Of a stretch of 51,074 nucleotides of DNA, positions 1 through 8,729 are shown piece after piece; the first letter of the stretch is position 1, and each line of letters starts with the position of its first letter. The notes beneath the pieces were generated by a model that was given only the letters and a program-made list of their open reading frames with translations, did not search any database and was not told where the DNA came from. Source of the stretch: Methanobacteriota archaeon (GTDB taxonomy: Archaea; Thermoplasmatota; Thermoplasmata; RBG-16-68-12); contig VBMN01000073.1 in NCBI GenBank assembly GCA_005878385.1, positions 1-51,074 on the forward strand, in the 5' to 3' direction. A program made the position numbers and the translations under genes.

Positions 1-127
1 AGTATTCCCCACCTGAGGGCAGATTATCCGCGTGTTACTGAGCCGTCCGCCGAGGTCTTGCACCTCTCGACTCGCATGTCTTAAGCGAACTCCCATAGCG
101 GTGCCCGCCGGCAGGATCAACCGGAGT
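1..127 (-). rRNA. rrs: 16S rRNA gene, 5' end only (continues beyond the window start)
   Basis: Reverse complement reads ACTCCGGTTGATCCTGCCGG...TTAAGACATGCGAGTCG...GGACGGCTCAGTAACACG, the conserved archaeal 16S 5' region. Confidence 0.98.
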
Positions 128-397
128 TGATCCGTGCACGACGCGCTTGTGCCATCTTAAGGAATCTTGGCGAGGTAGCTCAAACATACCTCTGCCTTGA
201 TCGCGAACGTCGGGTTCGAGAGGGCACGCGCCCGGCAAAGAGCGCGGGGTTCTCAAACCTCCACAGTGTCGGCCGCATCAGAATGAGGCCCGTCACAAAT
301 CGGGGCCTTCGCCGGAGGCGGCCACCACGGACTCGGGCGACGGTGACTCGAAGAGTTTCGTCGCCTTTTCCGAGTCTTTCGACAGATACCGGAGGGA

Positions 398-416
398 GAT
401 ATATGAGTCTTTCGAC
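398..416 (-). promoter_or_regulatory. Probable rRNA promoter (BRE + TATA)
   Basis: Minus strand GTCGAAAGACTCATATATC, about 270 nt upstream of the mature 16S 5' end; a purine-rich BRE-like element followed by ATATAT. Confidence 0.6.
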
Positions 417-453
417 CCGGCCGTTCCCGTACGTCCGGACTAGAAGGGACGAA

Positions 454-1221
454 TCAACAATACGTGTACCACCGCGGATCCGGCATGCCACCGTACAGTA
501 CGTTGTTGATCGGTCGAACGGGCACGACAGGCAAGCTGAACTTCCCCGGCCCGTGAACGATGCGCGCTCCCACGAAGGGGACCCCGTTGATCGGATTCAC
601 GTCCGCGGTAAGAAGGAGGGGGTCGTACTGTGCATCGTGACAAAGGCACCACACCGGATCCTGGCCGTAGACCGTCCACGTGGGCGGTGCCGCGCCGTAC
701 GTCCCGTAGTCCCTCGGAGGGACGATCGAACCGTCCGCGATGTGCCAGCCCGGATAGCAACACAAGTGGGTGCAACGGTCGAAGAGCACCACGATCCGGA
801 GATCCCGGGACGGGTCGTCGTAATAGAGGTTGTAACCTGACGGTATGGGATACGGCGCCGGATCGGGCGGACGGAAATAGGTGTTCTCCCGGATGATCCG
901 GATGAGGAGGACGGGGAAGCCCGTGTGTTCGACGTACGTTCCGTCTCGGAACAATCCCCGCCAGACCGCCGTGGCCCCTTGCCACACTTGGAAGTCCCCG
1001 GGTTGGACCGGCTGTCCCGCGCGATCGTCCCACCATTGCGGCGTCGGGAATTTGGTGTACACGAAATCTTCGCGGATCGTCCCGTTCGTCGGTGCGGGCG
1101 GGGCGAGGAGCGGAGCAATGACTTCCGTGCCCACGACGACACCAGCGCCGGCAGCCGTGCCCGCAATCACGCCAGCCTTAATCCAATCGCGTCGGGTCCA
1201 CGTTCGGGGGGGTGCAGACAT
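454..1221 (-). CDS. Rieske [2Fe-2S] protein, paralog A, Tat signal/membrane anchor
   Basis: WTRRDWIK twin-arginine motif plus hydrophobic helix; CTHLCC and CLCHDAQYD cluster boxes; GP loop (VHGPG). Confidence 0.9.
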   Translation of the reverse strand: MSAPPRTWTRRDWIKAGVIAGTAAGAGVVVGTEVIAPLLAPPAPTNGTIREDFVYTKFPTPQWWDDRAGQPVQPGDFQVWQGATAVWRGLFRDGTYVEHTGFPVLLIRIIRENTYFRPPDPAPYPIPSGYNLYYDDPSRDLRIVVLFDRCTHLCCYPGWHIADGSIVPPRDYGTYGAAPPTWTVYGQDPVWCLCHDAQYDPLLLTADVNPINGVPFVGARIVHGPGKFSLPVVPVRPINNVLYGGMPDPRWYTYC

Positions 1222-1233
1222 CTTCTCGACTCC

Positions 1234-1995
1234 TCAGCAGTACTCGTACCATCGAGGATCGGACATGCCTCCGACCAGGACGGTGCCGTCGACACGAAGC
1301 GGCACGACGGGAAGGGCGCGCTGCGTCGGCCCGTGCACGTGCGTGGCCCCGACGTACCTCACGCCGCTCCTCGGATGGACGTTGGTCGTGAGGAGAAGCG
1401 GATCATACTGGGACCCGTGGCAGATGCAGAAGATCGGATCTTGCCCGTACACGGAATAGGTAGGCGAGGGGACACGGTAGTCTCGGTACGGCTTCGTGTC
1501 CGTGATCACGTGCCAACCCGGATTGCAGCAAAGATGGGTGCAACGGTCGACCACGGTGACCATCCGAATCTGACGCACTGGATCGTCAAAGTAGAAGGAG
1601 AACCCTTTGGGGGGAGCGAGGTCCGTCAACACTTGGAACTCGGGAGCGTCGTAGGGGACTCGAATCACCAAGACCGGAAAGCCGGTCCCTGGGACCCATT
1701 GTCCGTGGAGGAACAGCCCGCGCCACACCCCGGTGGCGCCCTGCCACTCCTGGAAATCGCTCACTTCGACCGCATGCCCCTGTCGCCCGTTCCACCAGGC
1801 CTCGGTGGGCCATTTCGTATAGTAGATCTCCTCTCGGAGATCGCCATCGAATCTCGCGGGTGGAGGCAGGAGCTGGCCCGAAACGGTTCCGCCGAGCGCA
1901 ATGACCGAGCCGACCGCTCCGGTCGCGATGGCGAGCTTCGCCCACTCTCGCCGAGTCCAACCACGACCGTTGGGCTCTTCGCCTTCCCATGGCAT
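1234..1995 (-). CDS. Rieske [2Fe-2S] protein, paralog B, Tat signal/membrane anchor
   Basis: WTRREWAK; CTHLCC and CICHGSQYD; colinear with paralog A. Start placed at the ATG after GGAGGG (alternative 2001). Confidence 0.9.
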   Translation of the reverse strand: MPWEGEEPNGRGWTRREWAKLAIATGAVGSVIALGGTVSGQLLPPPARFDGDLREEIYYTKWPTEAWWNGRQGHAVEVSDFQEWQGATGVWRGLFLHGQWVPGTGFPVLVIRVPYDAPEFQVLTDLAPPKGFSFYFDDPVRQIRMVTVVDRCTHLCCNPGWHVITDTKPYRDYRVPSPTYSVYGQDPIFCICHGSQYDPLLLTTNVHPRSGVRYVGATHVHGPTQRALPVVPLRVDGTVLVGGMSDPRWYEYC

Positions 1996-2125
1996 GAGCA
2001 TCCCTCCGCGTCCGAGCCTGACGCGCCGCGAGGCCACTCTCCGGTGTGACTCCTTCAATGTGTCGTACGTATCGTCCTTGTCGCGTCGTGGTCTCGAGGG
2101 TCCGTTTGACCGATCCTACGCGATT

Positions 2126-2941
2126 CTATGGAGCCCAACCCCGCTGCCCGACGAACCGCCAGAGCATGAGGATGACCCCGAGCCCTTGGAGAATCGAGAG
2201 GAACAGGAGCAAGGCCCAGATGCGGCCCACCGTCGGGCGGCGCAGGAACGCCGCGTAGAAGATCACCTGTAAGCCGAGGAACGGCCAGAGTTCCGCCATG
2301 CCGTCGTATCCGGGCCCGTCGAAGGGGAACCACCGTTGGCTCCATCCGATCGCGAGGGCCGCGACGGACAGGACCTGCAGGAAGAAACCGAACAGGAGCG
2401 TGCGCGTCACACCGAAGCGGACGGCGAACGTCCGAATGCGGAAGGCCCGGTCGGCCGCATAGTCGGAGGCCGTCGTCGGTGCGTAGAGAGCTCCCAGGAA
2501 GAGCGCGATCGTCCCGATGAACCACCAAGCGAACGAGGCTAGCAAGAGCGTCTCTCGCTCGATGAGCCCCTGACCAATCAGCTCCTCCACGACCTGGACG
2601 TACTTCTTCCGGGGATTGACCCGGTCCGTCGTCTCCATGTCGCTGTAGACGTTCAGCAGGAGGGTGAAGGTCCCGAGCAGCGGGCCGATTACGATGATGC
2701 CGAGGACCACCCGCAGGTCGTCGATGAACAGATGCCGCCCGCCGGGAGGCTGGGCCAGGACCCACCCGATGTACAGAGGTGCAATGGCCACGATCCAGAA
2801 CTTCACGCCTCCGAGGCTCACGATGAGCTCGGTGAGGTCGCTCGGTGATACGCGGAGCTCCTTGGTGATCCGGATTCCGCTCTCCGCGGCCACGGACTGA
2901 TATCTGCTGCCCAAGATAATAATGACGCCTCCGAGGATCAC
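2126..2941 (-). CDS. UbiA-family prenyltransferase, possibly internally deleted
   Basis: Multi-TM protein with Asp-rich motifs NVYSDMETTD and SDYAAD...RT; the spacing between motifs looks short. Start uncertain. Confidence 0.75.
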   Translation of the reverse strand: MILGGVIIILGSRYQSVAAESGIRITKELRVSPSDLTELIVSLGGVKFWIVAIAPLYIGWVLAQPPGGRHLFIDDLRVVLGIIVIGPLLGTFTLLLNVYSDMETTDRVNPRKKYVQVVEELIGQGLIERETLLLASFAWWFIGTIALFLGALYAPTTASDYAADRAFRIRTFAVRFGVTRTLLFGFFLQVLSVAALAIGWSQRWFPFDGPGYDGMAELWPFLGLQVIFYAAFLRRPTVGRIWALLLFLSILQGLGVILMLWRFVGQRGWAP

Positions 2942-4068
2942 TTCGCGAGGGCCTCGAGCAGGATGACTCCTCCGACGAGGAGGAACAACGCGTACACGTC
3001 CCCGCCCAGGGACAGGATGGCCAGACCCGCGACGATCGCGACGGCGCGACCGAGGTTGATCGAGAATTCCCGCGACGCGGTCGCCCTCGGGATCGAATCC
3101 TCCATCCGATCAATCAAGATCGTATAGATGAACGAAGGAGCGATCGCGGCCGTCAGGGAGAGCCAACCGATCGCGAAGGCGAAGGTTCCCAGATCGCGGA
3201 CGGCGAACGCCAGAAGGCATGCCGGCACCGAGAGGATCGGCCCCAGGAACAAGAAAGGGCCGCGGGTTTTCGTCCGATCCGAAATGCGACCCAAGAGCAC
3301 GGCGGTCACCCCGGCCGCCAAGGAGAACAGGGAGAAGAGAAGGCCCAACTCGAAGGAGTCCGTCGTGAACCGGAACGAGCCCAGGGGCGTCGCGATCGTC
3401 AGGAGCCCATCCACGCCTCCCTGTCCCGCCAACGCCAAGACGGTCCGTGAATTCGCCGCTGGGAGGTCGATCGAGAATGCGAACGAAATCGCCGGATCGA
3501 CGAGAAGACGGACAAGGACCAGATTTCCGAGCACGATGGCTCCGCCCAGGGAAAAGAGGGTCCAGTACCCCGCGAGGTCCGCGATGTAGCCCCCGACCAC
3601 CGGTGCGACGACGCCGGTCGTGGTGAAGGCCGCCGTCAGGCCCGCGAGGCGGCCCGCCCGATTCGTCCGGTGCGTCTCCCGGACCAAGAGGCAATTCATC
3701 GGCAGCCAGAACGCCGGGACGTACGTGCCGAAGCAGACGCCCGCGACGAAGACGGCCGCGAGCGGGGGAAGGACGACGAACGAAAAATGGCCGACCGCCA
3801 CGGAAAGAATTCCGAGCGTCATGCTCCTCGCAGCCCGTATCGGTCGACCGCTCGAGAGAACGAGGACGACGAGAGCCGCGACGCCGAACGCGACCAGCCA
3901 CACGAGGACACCGACGTTGAAGGCAAGCGCCTGTGGCGCGCTCACCAAGTAGACGAGCCAGAAGCTGCCCGCCATTTGATTCCCGAAGAATTGGACCGAG
4001 ATGACGATGAGCAACGATCGATAGACCAAGCCGGAGGTCGGCGGAACGGCGGGCTGGACCACGGCCAT
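2938..4068 (-). CDS. MFS transporter
   Basis: About 12 hydrophobic segments; motif-A-like GRISDRTKTRG; GGYIADLAGY. Confidence 0.85.
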   Translation of the reverse strand: MAVVQPAVPPTSGLVYRSLLIVISVQFFGNQMAGSFWLVYLVSAPQALAFNVGVLVWLVAFGVAALVVLVLSSGRPIRAARSMTLGILSVAVGHFSFVVLPPLAAVFVAGVCFGTYVPAFWLPMNCLLVRETHRTNRAGRLAGLTAAFTTTGVVAPVVGGYIADLAGYWTLFSLGGAIVLGNLVLVRLLVDPAISFAFSIDLPAANSRTVLALAGQGGVDGLLTIATPLGSFRFTTDSFELGLLFSLFSLAAGVTAVLLGRISDRTKTRGPFLFLGPILSVPACLLAFAVRDLGTFAFAIGWLSLTAAIAPSFIYTILIDRMEDSIPRATASREFSINLGRAVAIVAGLAILSLGGDVYALFLLVGGVILLEALAK

Positions 4069-4121
4069 TCGATTCGCGCGACACAACAGCGCATACATAG
4101 ACGCTTTGACCCGTGCACCGG

Positions 4122-4136
4122 AGAAAGCGTTAATAG
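4122..4136 (+). promoter_or_regulatory. tRNA-Ser promoter (BRE/TATA)
   Basis: GAAAGCGTTAATAGA about 25-30 nt upstream of the tRNA. Confidence 0.6.
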
Positions 4137-4160
4137 ACGGACCCCAATGGACGCGGGATT

Positions 4161-4243
4161 GCGGGGATCGCCTAGCCTGGTAGGGCGCTGGATTGCTAAT
4201 CCAGTGCGCTCTGCGCCCGGGGGTTCAAATCCCCCTCCCCGCG
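4161..4243 (+). tRNA. tRNA-Ser(GCT)
   Basis: Acceptor stem GCGGGGA/TCCCCGC; anticodon arm CTGGA-TTGCTAA-TCCAG; long variable arm; GTTCAAAT T-loop; discriminator G; CCA not encoded. Confidence 0.96.
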
Positions 4244-4255
4244 CGGGTGTCCCCG

Positions 4256-5200
4256 ATGCGAGTGCGAACCTACGACGAGATCCATCCGGACGATAGTTTC
4301 CGGCTCAGCTTCCTGGCCTTCGGCGAAGCATGGGACGAAGCCAAGGTCCGCCGGGTCCGATCGAGCGACAGGAGGTATCTCGAGGAGTTCGCCCTCTATG
4401 CGGAGGAAAGAGGTCGCGTTCTCGCGCAGGTCGTGCCGTTGCGCTTCCGGGTGCGGTTGCGAAGCGGTGTCGAGGAGGTGGGCGGTCTTGCGGGGGTCTG
4501 CTCGCATCCGGCCGTTTGGGGACGGGGGTACGCACGCCGACTCATGGACGCCGCGCATGATCGCTTCCGCGCGCTGGACCTCCGAATCTCGACCTTAACC
4601 ACGAGTCGCAACATCCGAGGCTATGGCGTTTATGCGAAAATGGGTTACGTGGACCTCGCGCCGTTTCGCGCGGCGGTGCGACGCTCGTCTCGGAGGAGAG
4701 CGCCCTACGGATATCGTCTCCGTACCGCGACAAAGACGGATGTGCCAAGAATGCACGACCTCTACCGAAAGCACACCCGAAACATGTTAGGATGGACGGA
4801 GCGACCCGCGGAACTCCTCCAGTGGGTCCTGCGGGAGAACCGAGACTATCTTTCGAAATACCGAGTCCTACTCCGTCAGGGCAAGGTGGTTGGATATCTG
4901 CGTACTCGCCCGGACGAGGGCATGACCATGGAAGAGGTCGTCGTACCGGGGCCGCGCGACTTCCGGGCTGCGGTGGCGCTCATGGAATCACGGCATCGGC
5001 GCGGAATGGTCACAGTAAACTGGATTACGGCGGCGGACGACGTCACCCGATTCCGGAGCCTCGGATACTCGGTGGACGGTCCAATCCCTGATGCGACCAT
5101 GGCGTTGTCTCTGACAAAGGAGGTTCGGGCGACCGACCTTCGCAGGCTCTTCGGCGGAACGTCTGGGCGCTTTGTCCAGTATCCAACGGACGATTTCTGA
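4256..5200 (+). CDS. GNAT (Eis-like, tandem-domain) N-acetyltransferase
   Basis: Acetyl-CoA motif VCSHPAVWGRGYARRLM, and YAKMGY. Confidence 0.85.
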   Translation: MRVRTYDEIHPDDSFRLSFLAFGEAWDEAKVRRVRSSDRRYLEEFALYAEERGRVLAQVVPLRFRVRLRSGVEEVGGLAGVCSHPAVWGRGYARRLMDAAHDRFRALDLRISTLTTSRNIRGYGVYAKMGYVDLAPFRAAVRRSSRRRAPYGYRLRTATKTDVPRMHDLYRKHTRNMLGWTERPAELLQWVLRENRDYLSKYRVLLRQGKVVGYLRTRPDEGMTMEEVVVPGPRDFRAAVALMESRHRRGMVTVNWITAADDVTRFRSLGYSVDGPIPDATMALSLTKEVRATDLRRLFGGTSGRFVQYPTDDF

Positions 5201-5330
5201 ATTCCCATCGTCTTCGGCGAACCGCGAGAACTGTCGAATAATCCGACGGGTCAATTGCCCCCACACTCCGCGACATGAGAACCAAACGGAACGATTAAAG
5301 AAGGGGAATCGGACATGGAGTCGATCGTCG

Positions 5331-6158
5331 ATGGGCGCGGATTCGATGAAGTCGAAGATGGTCCTGCTCGGGGACGGCGGCGTCGGCAAGACCTCCCTGA
5401 TTCGAAGATTCGTGGTCGATCAGTACTCGGACGATTACATCACGACGATCGGCACAAAGGTGTCGAAGCGGAGCCTCAACGTGGGACATCCTGCAGCGGA
5501 AGTCGAGATGTCGATGCAGATCTGGGACGTCCTGGGTCAGAAGGGCTACAGCGGCGTCCAAGAGACGGCCATGAAGGGCGCGCAAGGCGTCCTGATGGTC
5601 TACGACGCCACGAGCGACGAGAGCCGGCGCAGCCTCGAAGACTACTGGATGCCCGCGGTGTGGCGGCTCGCGGGCCGAGTCCCGATGGTGATCGCCGGGA
5701 ACAAATCCGACCTCGTCGCGGACCGCGTCTGGGCGGAAGACTACCTCTATTTCCTGGCCCAGAAGTACAACTGCCCCGGAATCCTCACAAGCGCCCGGAC
5801 CGGGGACCGCGTTGAGCACTCATTCAAAGCTCTCGGCGAGCAGATCCTCGCCGCTGCCGGACATCCAATCCGACGAATCGCCCTCGTCACGCCGCCGCAA
5901 GAGCCGATTGACCGATTCATCCGCGTCACGGACAAGATCATGACCGACTTCTGCTACCAAATGGGCGGAGTGGAAACCGGCATGCCAATCGTAAAGCGAC
6001 AGCTGGGCCTCGCGGGCCTCGACGTGCGGGCCCCGAGCGACCAAACGATTCGAGACCTCATCGAGCGACTTGCGGTGGTCGAACGGGATTTCAAGGGTCC
6101 CGATGAGATCCGAGAAAATCGCGAGCGTCGGTTGGCGTGGCTGGGCGGGAGTGACTAA
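5331..6158 (+). CDS. Rab-like small GTPase with C-terminal helical extension
   Basis: G1 GDGGVGKTS, G2 YITTIG, G3 WDVLGQ, G4 NKSD, G5 TSART; about 90 extra aa at the C-terminus. Confidence 0.92.
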   Translation: MGADSMKSKMVLLGDGGVGKTSLIRRFVVDQYSDDYITTIGTKVSKRSLNVGHPAAEVEMSMQIWDVLGQKGYSGVQETAMKGAQGVLMVYDATSDESRRSLEDYWMPAVWRLAGRVPMVIAGNKSDLVADRVWAEDYLYFLAQKYNCPGILTSARTGDRVEHSFKALGEQILAAAGHPIRRIALVTPPQEPIDRFIRVTDKIMTDFCYQMGGVETGMPIVKRQLGLAGLDVRAPSDQTIRDLIERLAVVERDFKGPDEIRENRERRLAWLGGSD

Positions 6159-6175
6159 TCCCAATCTGTTGCGTA

Positions 6176-6742
6176 TCAAACCTTCAAGGGGAAGTTCTTC
6201 TCTCCCGCGCGGATCGGTACGGTCAGCCAATTCTCCCGCGGCGGGAACGGGCACACGTAATCGTCGCTGTACGCGCAGTACGGATTGTATGCGAGGTTGA
6301 AGTCGAGCTCGTACTCGTCCGCCGGCTGTTCCTCGATGTCGAGGTAGCGGGCAGCTCCGTATGTGTCCTTGCCCGAGGTCGCATCTCGGAAGGGTATGAA
6401 TAGACTGCGGTCTTCGTGGTGATGACCGGGTGGCGGAACAGCTTTGAACACAGCGAGGCGTTGCTTCGTCCCCCCAATCTCGAATTCGAAGACACCGACA
6501 CGGAGCATGTCCCGAGGGATCCCTTTGGAGGTCGCGAGCACGACGCGCTCCGGGTTCGGATCTCGAACGAGGCGGGCGCGGATCCGATAATTCGGATCGA
6601 CGGGGAAATAGGACAGACCGGAGAACTCGGGTCGCAACCGATGCGGAATCGGGGACTCATGGTCTTCTTTGAAAAAATGGTCCTTCTCTCGACGCATCGC
6701 CTCGAGGTCCTTGACGTAGGTCTCGTCCGATTGTCGAGCCAT
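6176..6742 (-). CDS. DUF1684 family protein
   Basis: LFIPFRDATSGKDTYGAARYLD and LDFNLAYNPYCAY...CPFPPRENWL...IRAGEK signatures. Confidence 0.88.
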   Translation of the reverse strand: MARQSDETYVKDLEAMRREKDHFFKEDHESPIPHRLRPEFSGLSYFPVDPNYRIRARLVRDPNPERVVLATSKGIPRDMLRVGVFEFEIGGTKQRLAVFKAVPPPGHHHEDRSLFIPFRDATSGKDTYGAARYLDIEEQPADEYELDFNLAYNPYCAYSDDYVCPFPPRENWLTVPIRAGEKNFPLKV

Positions 6743-6781
6743 TCGAAACTCGACCACGCCGGCGACGGATAAAGTGTGCGC

Positions 6782-7099
6782 CTACATCGAGTACAGACTC
6801 TGCTTCGCCTTCGAGAGCAGGGCTTTCTCGTCATCGCCTAGGTGCGCAGGTGGAAGCTTGGCTTCCACGAGTCCGAGGATCTCAGTGGCGGCAGAAATCT
6901 TCTGCGCCTGGGTCGCTTGTTTGACGAGATCCGCTGCGAGACGGGCCTTGAGCTTCGACAGCCCGGCATCCTCTGGCGCAATCGCGAGCAATTCCTCGAT
7001 CAGTCTCAGCGACTCGTCGAAACGGCCGGTTTTCGCAAACGATTTGACCGCCCGTTCGAGCATCGCGAAGCGATGGACGGTCCCCGGGTCGAGGGGCAT
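6782..7099 (-). CDS. Small helical (TPR-like) hypothetical protein
   Basis: GRFDESLRLIEELLAIAPED resembles a TPR; start placed at MPLDPG to avoid overlap with the upstream gene. Confidence 0.6.
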   Translation of the reverse strand: MPLDPGTVHRFAMLERAVKSFAKTGRFDESLRLIEELLAIAPEDAGLSKLKARLAADLVKQATQAQKISAATEILGLVEAKLPPAHLGDDEKALLSKAKQSLYSM

Positions 7100-7149
7100 C
7101 AGCGCGGCATGGCGGGAGAGGACGATATGCCTTTGCCGTCCGGTTCCGT

Positions 7150-8604
7150 TCAGTATCGAGGCATTTCGGGTTCGACTTTCTCCGCCCACTCGTCGATTCC
7201 GCCGACGAGGTTCCTCACCTTACGGAAGCCCAGCTCCCGGAGGAAGTTCGTGATGCGGGCGGAGCGGACCCCGGTCTTGCAGTACACGACAATGTCGTCC
7301 GCCGTGTTGAGTTCGTTCACGCGACCCGGGACCTGTGCCACAGGCATCAGCACGGCCCGATCCAAATGGGCGATCTCCCACTCCATCGGCTCGCGGACGT
7401 CCAGGAGGACGATCTCCTGGCGTTGGTCGAGTCGATCTTTCAGCGCGTCGACCGTGATCTGAAGTTCTTCACCGACTTGCTCGGAAGGCCCGCGAAGGCC
7501 GCAAAACTCTTCGTAGTCGATCAATTCTTTGATGGTCGGATTCGAGCCGCAGATGGGACATTCCACGTTCTTGCGGAGTTTCAACTCGCGGAACTTCATC
7601 TTCAAGGCGTCGAAGACGAGCAACCGGCCAATCAGCGTGTCCTCTTTCCCGAGAAGGAGTTTGAGCGTCTCGATCGCTTGGATCGAACCGATAATTCCCG
7701 GGAGGACGCCCAGCACGCCGCCCTCGGCACAGGACGGTACGAGTCCGGGCGGTGGCGGCTCGGAATACAGGCAGCGGTAACAAGGTCCTTTCCGCGCGTC
7801 GAAGACGCTCGCCTGTCCCTCGAAACGGAAGATCGAGCCATACACGTTCGGCTTATGGAGCAACACGGAGGCGTCGTTGACGAGATACCGCGTCGGGAAA
7901 TTGTCCGTCCCATCGATGACGACGTCATAGTCCTTCAGGATGTCCAGAGCGTTCTCCGAGGTGAGCCGCGTCTCGTATGTCTGCACGTCGACGTTCGGAT
8001 TGATCTGGGCGACCCGTTCTTTCGCCACCTCGAGTTTCTTCCGCCCCACGTCCTTCGTGCTGTACAGCACCTGCCGCTGCAGGTTCGATTCATCAATCAC
8101 ATCGAAGTCGACGATGCCGAGGCGGCCGACACCCGCCGCACTCAGATATTGGGTCAACGGAACGCCGAGACCGCCGGCGCCGATGATTAGGGCGGACGAC
8201 TGCTTCAGTTTTAGCTGGCCCGCCATCCCGACTTCGGGCAAAATGAGGTGACGGGAGTACCGCTTGATTTCGCCCGGTGACAAGACGTCCTTCCGTTTCG
8301 CCGCGAGACGATCCATCAGGGAGAAGGAACCTCCCGCGATGCTGGGGACGATCGAGATCGTATCGCCCCCTTTCAGAGCCGTTCCGTCCCGTTCCAAATA
8401 GCGGATGTCCTCCTCGTTCACGTAGACGTTCACAAAGTTTCGGAGGCGTCCATCCTCAGCGAAAAGATGGCGACGGAGCTGATCGTGACGTTCGACGAGA
8501 TCCGAGAGTGCTTCGCGGACGCTCTCCGCTTCGACCTCCACCGCATCTCGATTCCCGGCATATTGTCGAAGGGGAGTCGGGATGATGATCCGGACGCTCG
8601 CCAT
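7150..8604 (-). CDS. moeB: Ubiquitin-like sulfur carrier (CysO/MoaD/SAMP-like) fused to a MoeB/ThiF E1 adenylyltransferase and a rhodanese domain
   Basis: aa 1-92 beta-grasp-type sequence ending VPSIAGG; then RYSRH, GAGGLG, SNLQRQ, CYRC, PSCAEGG, CPIC; C-terminal rhodanese YCKTGVRS. Confidence 0.93.
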   Translation of the reverse strand: MASVRIIIPTPLRQYAGNRDAVEVEAESVREALSDLVERHDQLRRHLFAEDGRLRNFVNVYVNEEDIRYLERDGTALKGGDTISIVPSIAGGSFSLMDRLAAKRKDVLSPGEIKRYSRHLILPEVGMAGQLKLKQSSALIIGAGGLGVPLTQYLSAAGVGRLGIVDFDVIDESNLQRQVLYSTKDVGRKKLEVAKERVAQINPNVDVQTYETRLTSENALDILKDYDVVIDGTDNFPTRYLVNDASVLLHKPNVYGSIFRFEGQASVFDARKGPCYRCLYSEPPPPGLVPSCAEGGVLGVLPGIIGSIQAIETLKLLLGKEDTLIGRLLVFDALKMKFRELKLRKNVECPICGSNPTIKELIDYEEFCGLRGPSEQVGEELQITVDALKDRLDQRQEIVLLDVREPMEWEIAHLDRAVLMPVAQVPGRVNELNTADDIVVYCKTGVRSARITNFLRELGFRKVRNLVGGIDEWAEKVEPEMPRY

Positions 8605-8624
8605 GTTCCTTTTGCCAATACGGT

Positions 8625-8640
8625 GTTATACTTAAGGTTC
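8625..8640 (-). promoter_or_regulatory. Probable internal promoter for the Ubl-E1 gene
   Basis: Minus strand GAACCTTAAGTATAAC about 25-35 nt upstream of the ATG at 8604. Confidence 0.5.
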
Positions 8641-8729
8641 GTCCCGCCGAAATCCCTCGATTAATCACTGCAATCTCAAAGGTAGCGTTCGGGGGGACGG
8701 GGCGCTTGAAAACTCAGCGTTGAACGAGC

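Noticed and set aside
35..491. ORFs 35..256, 127..840 and 180..491
   Set aside because: They overlap the 16S rRNA and its leader or lie antisense to the Rieske gene, and show no protein motifs.
5331..6158. Eukaryotic contamination as the source of the Rab-like gene
   Set aside because: No introns or prenylation motif, composition like its neighbours, an archaeal-type TATA upstream and a contiguous archaeal context.
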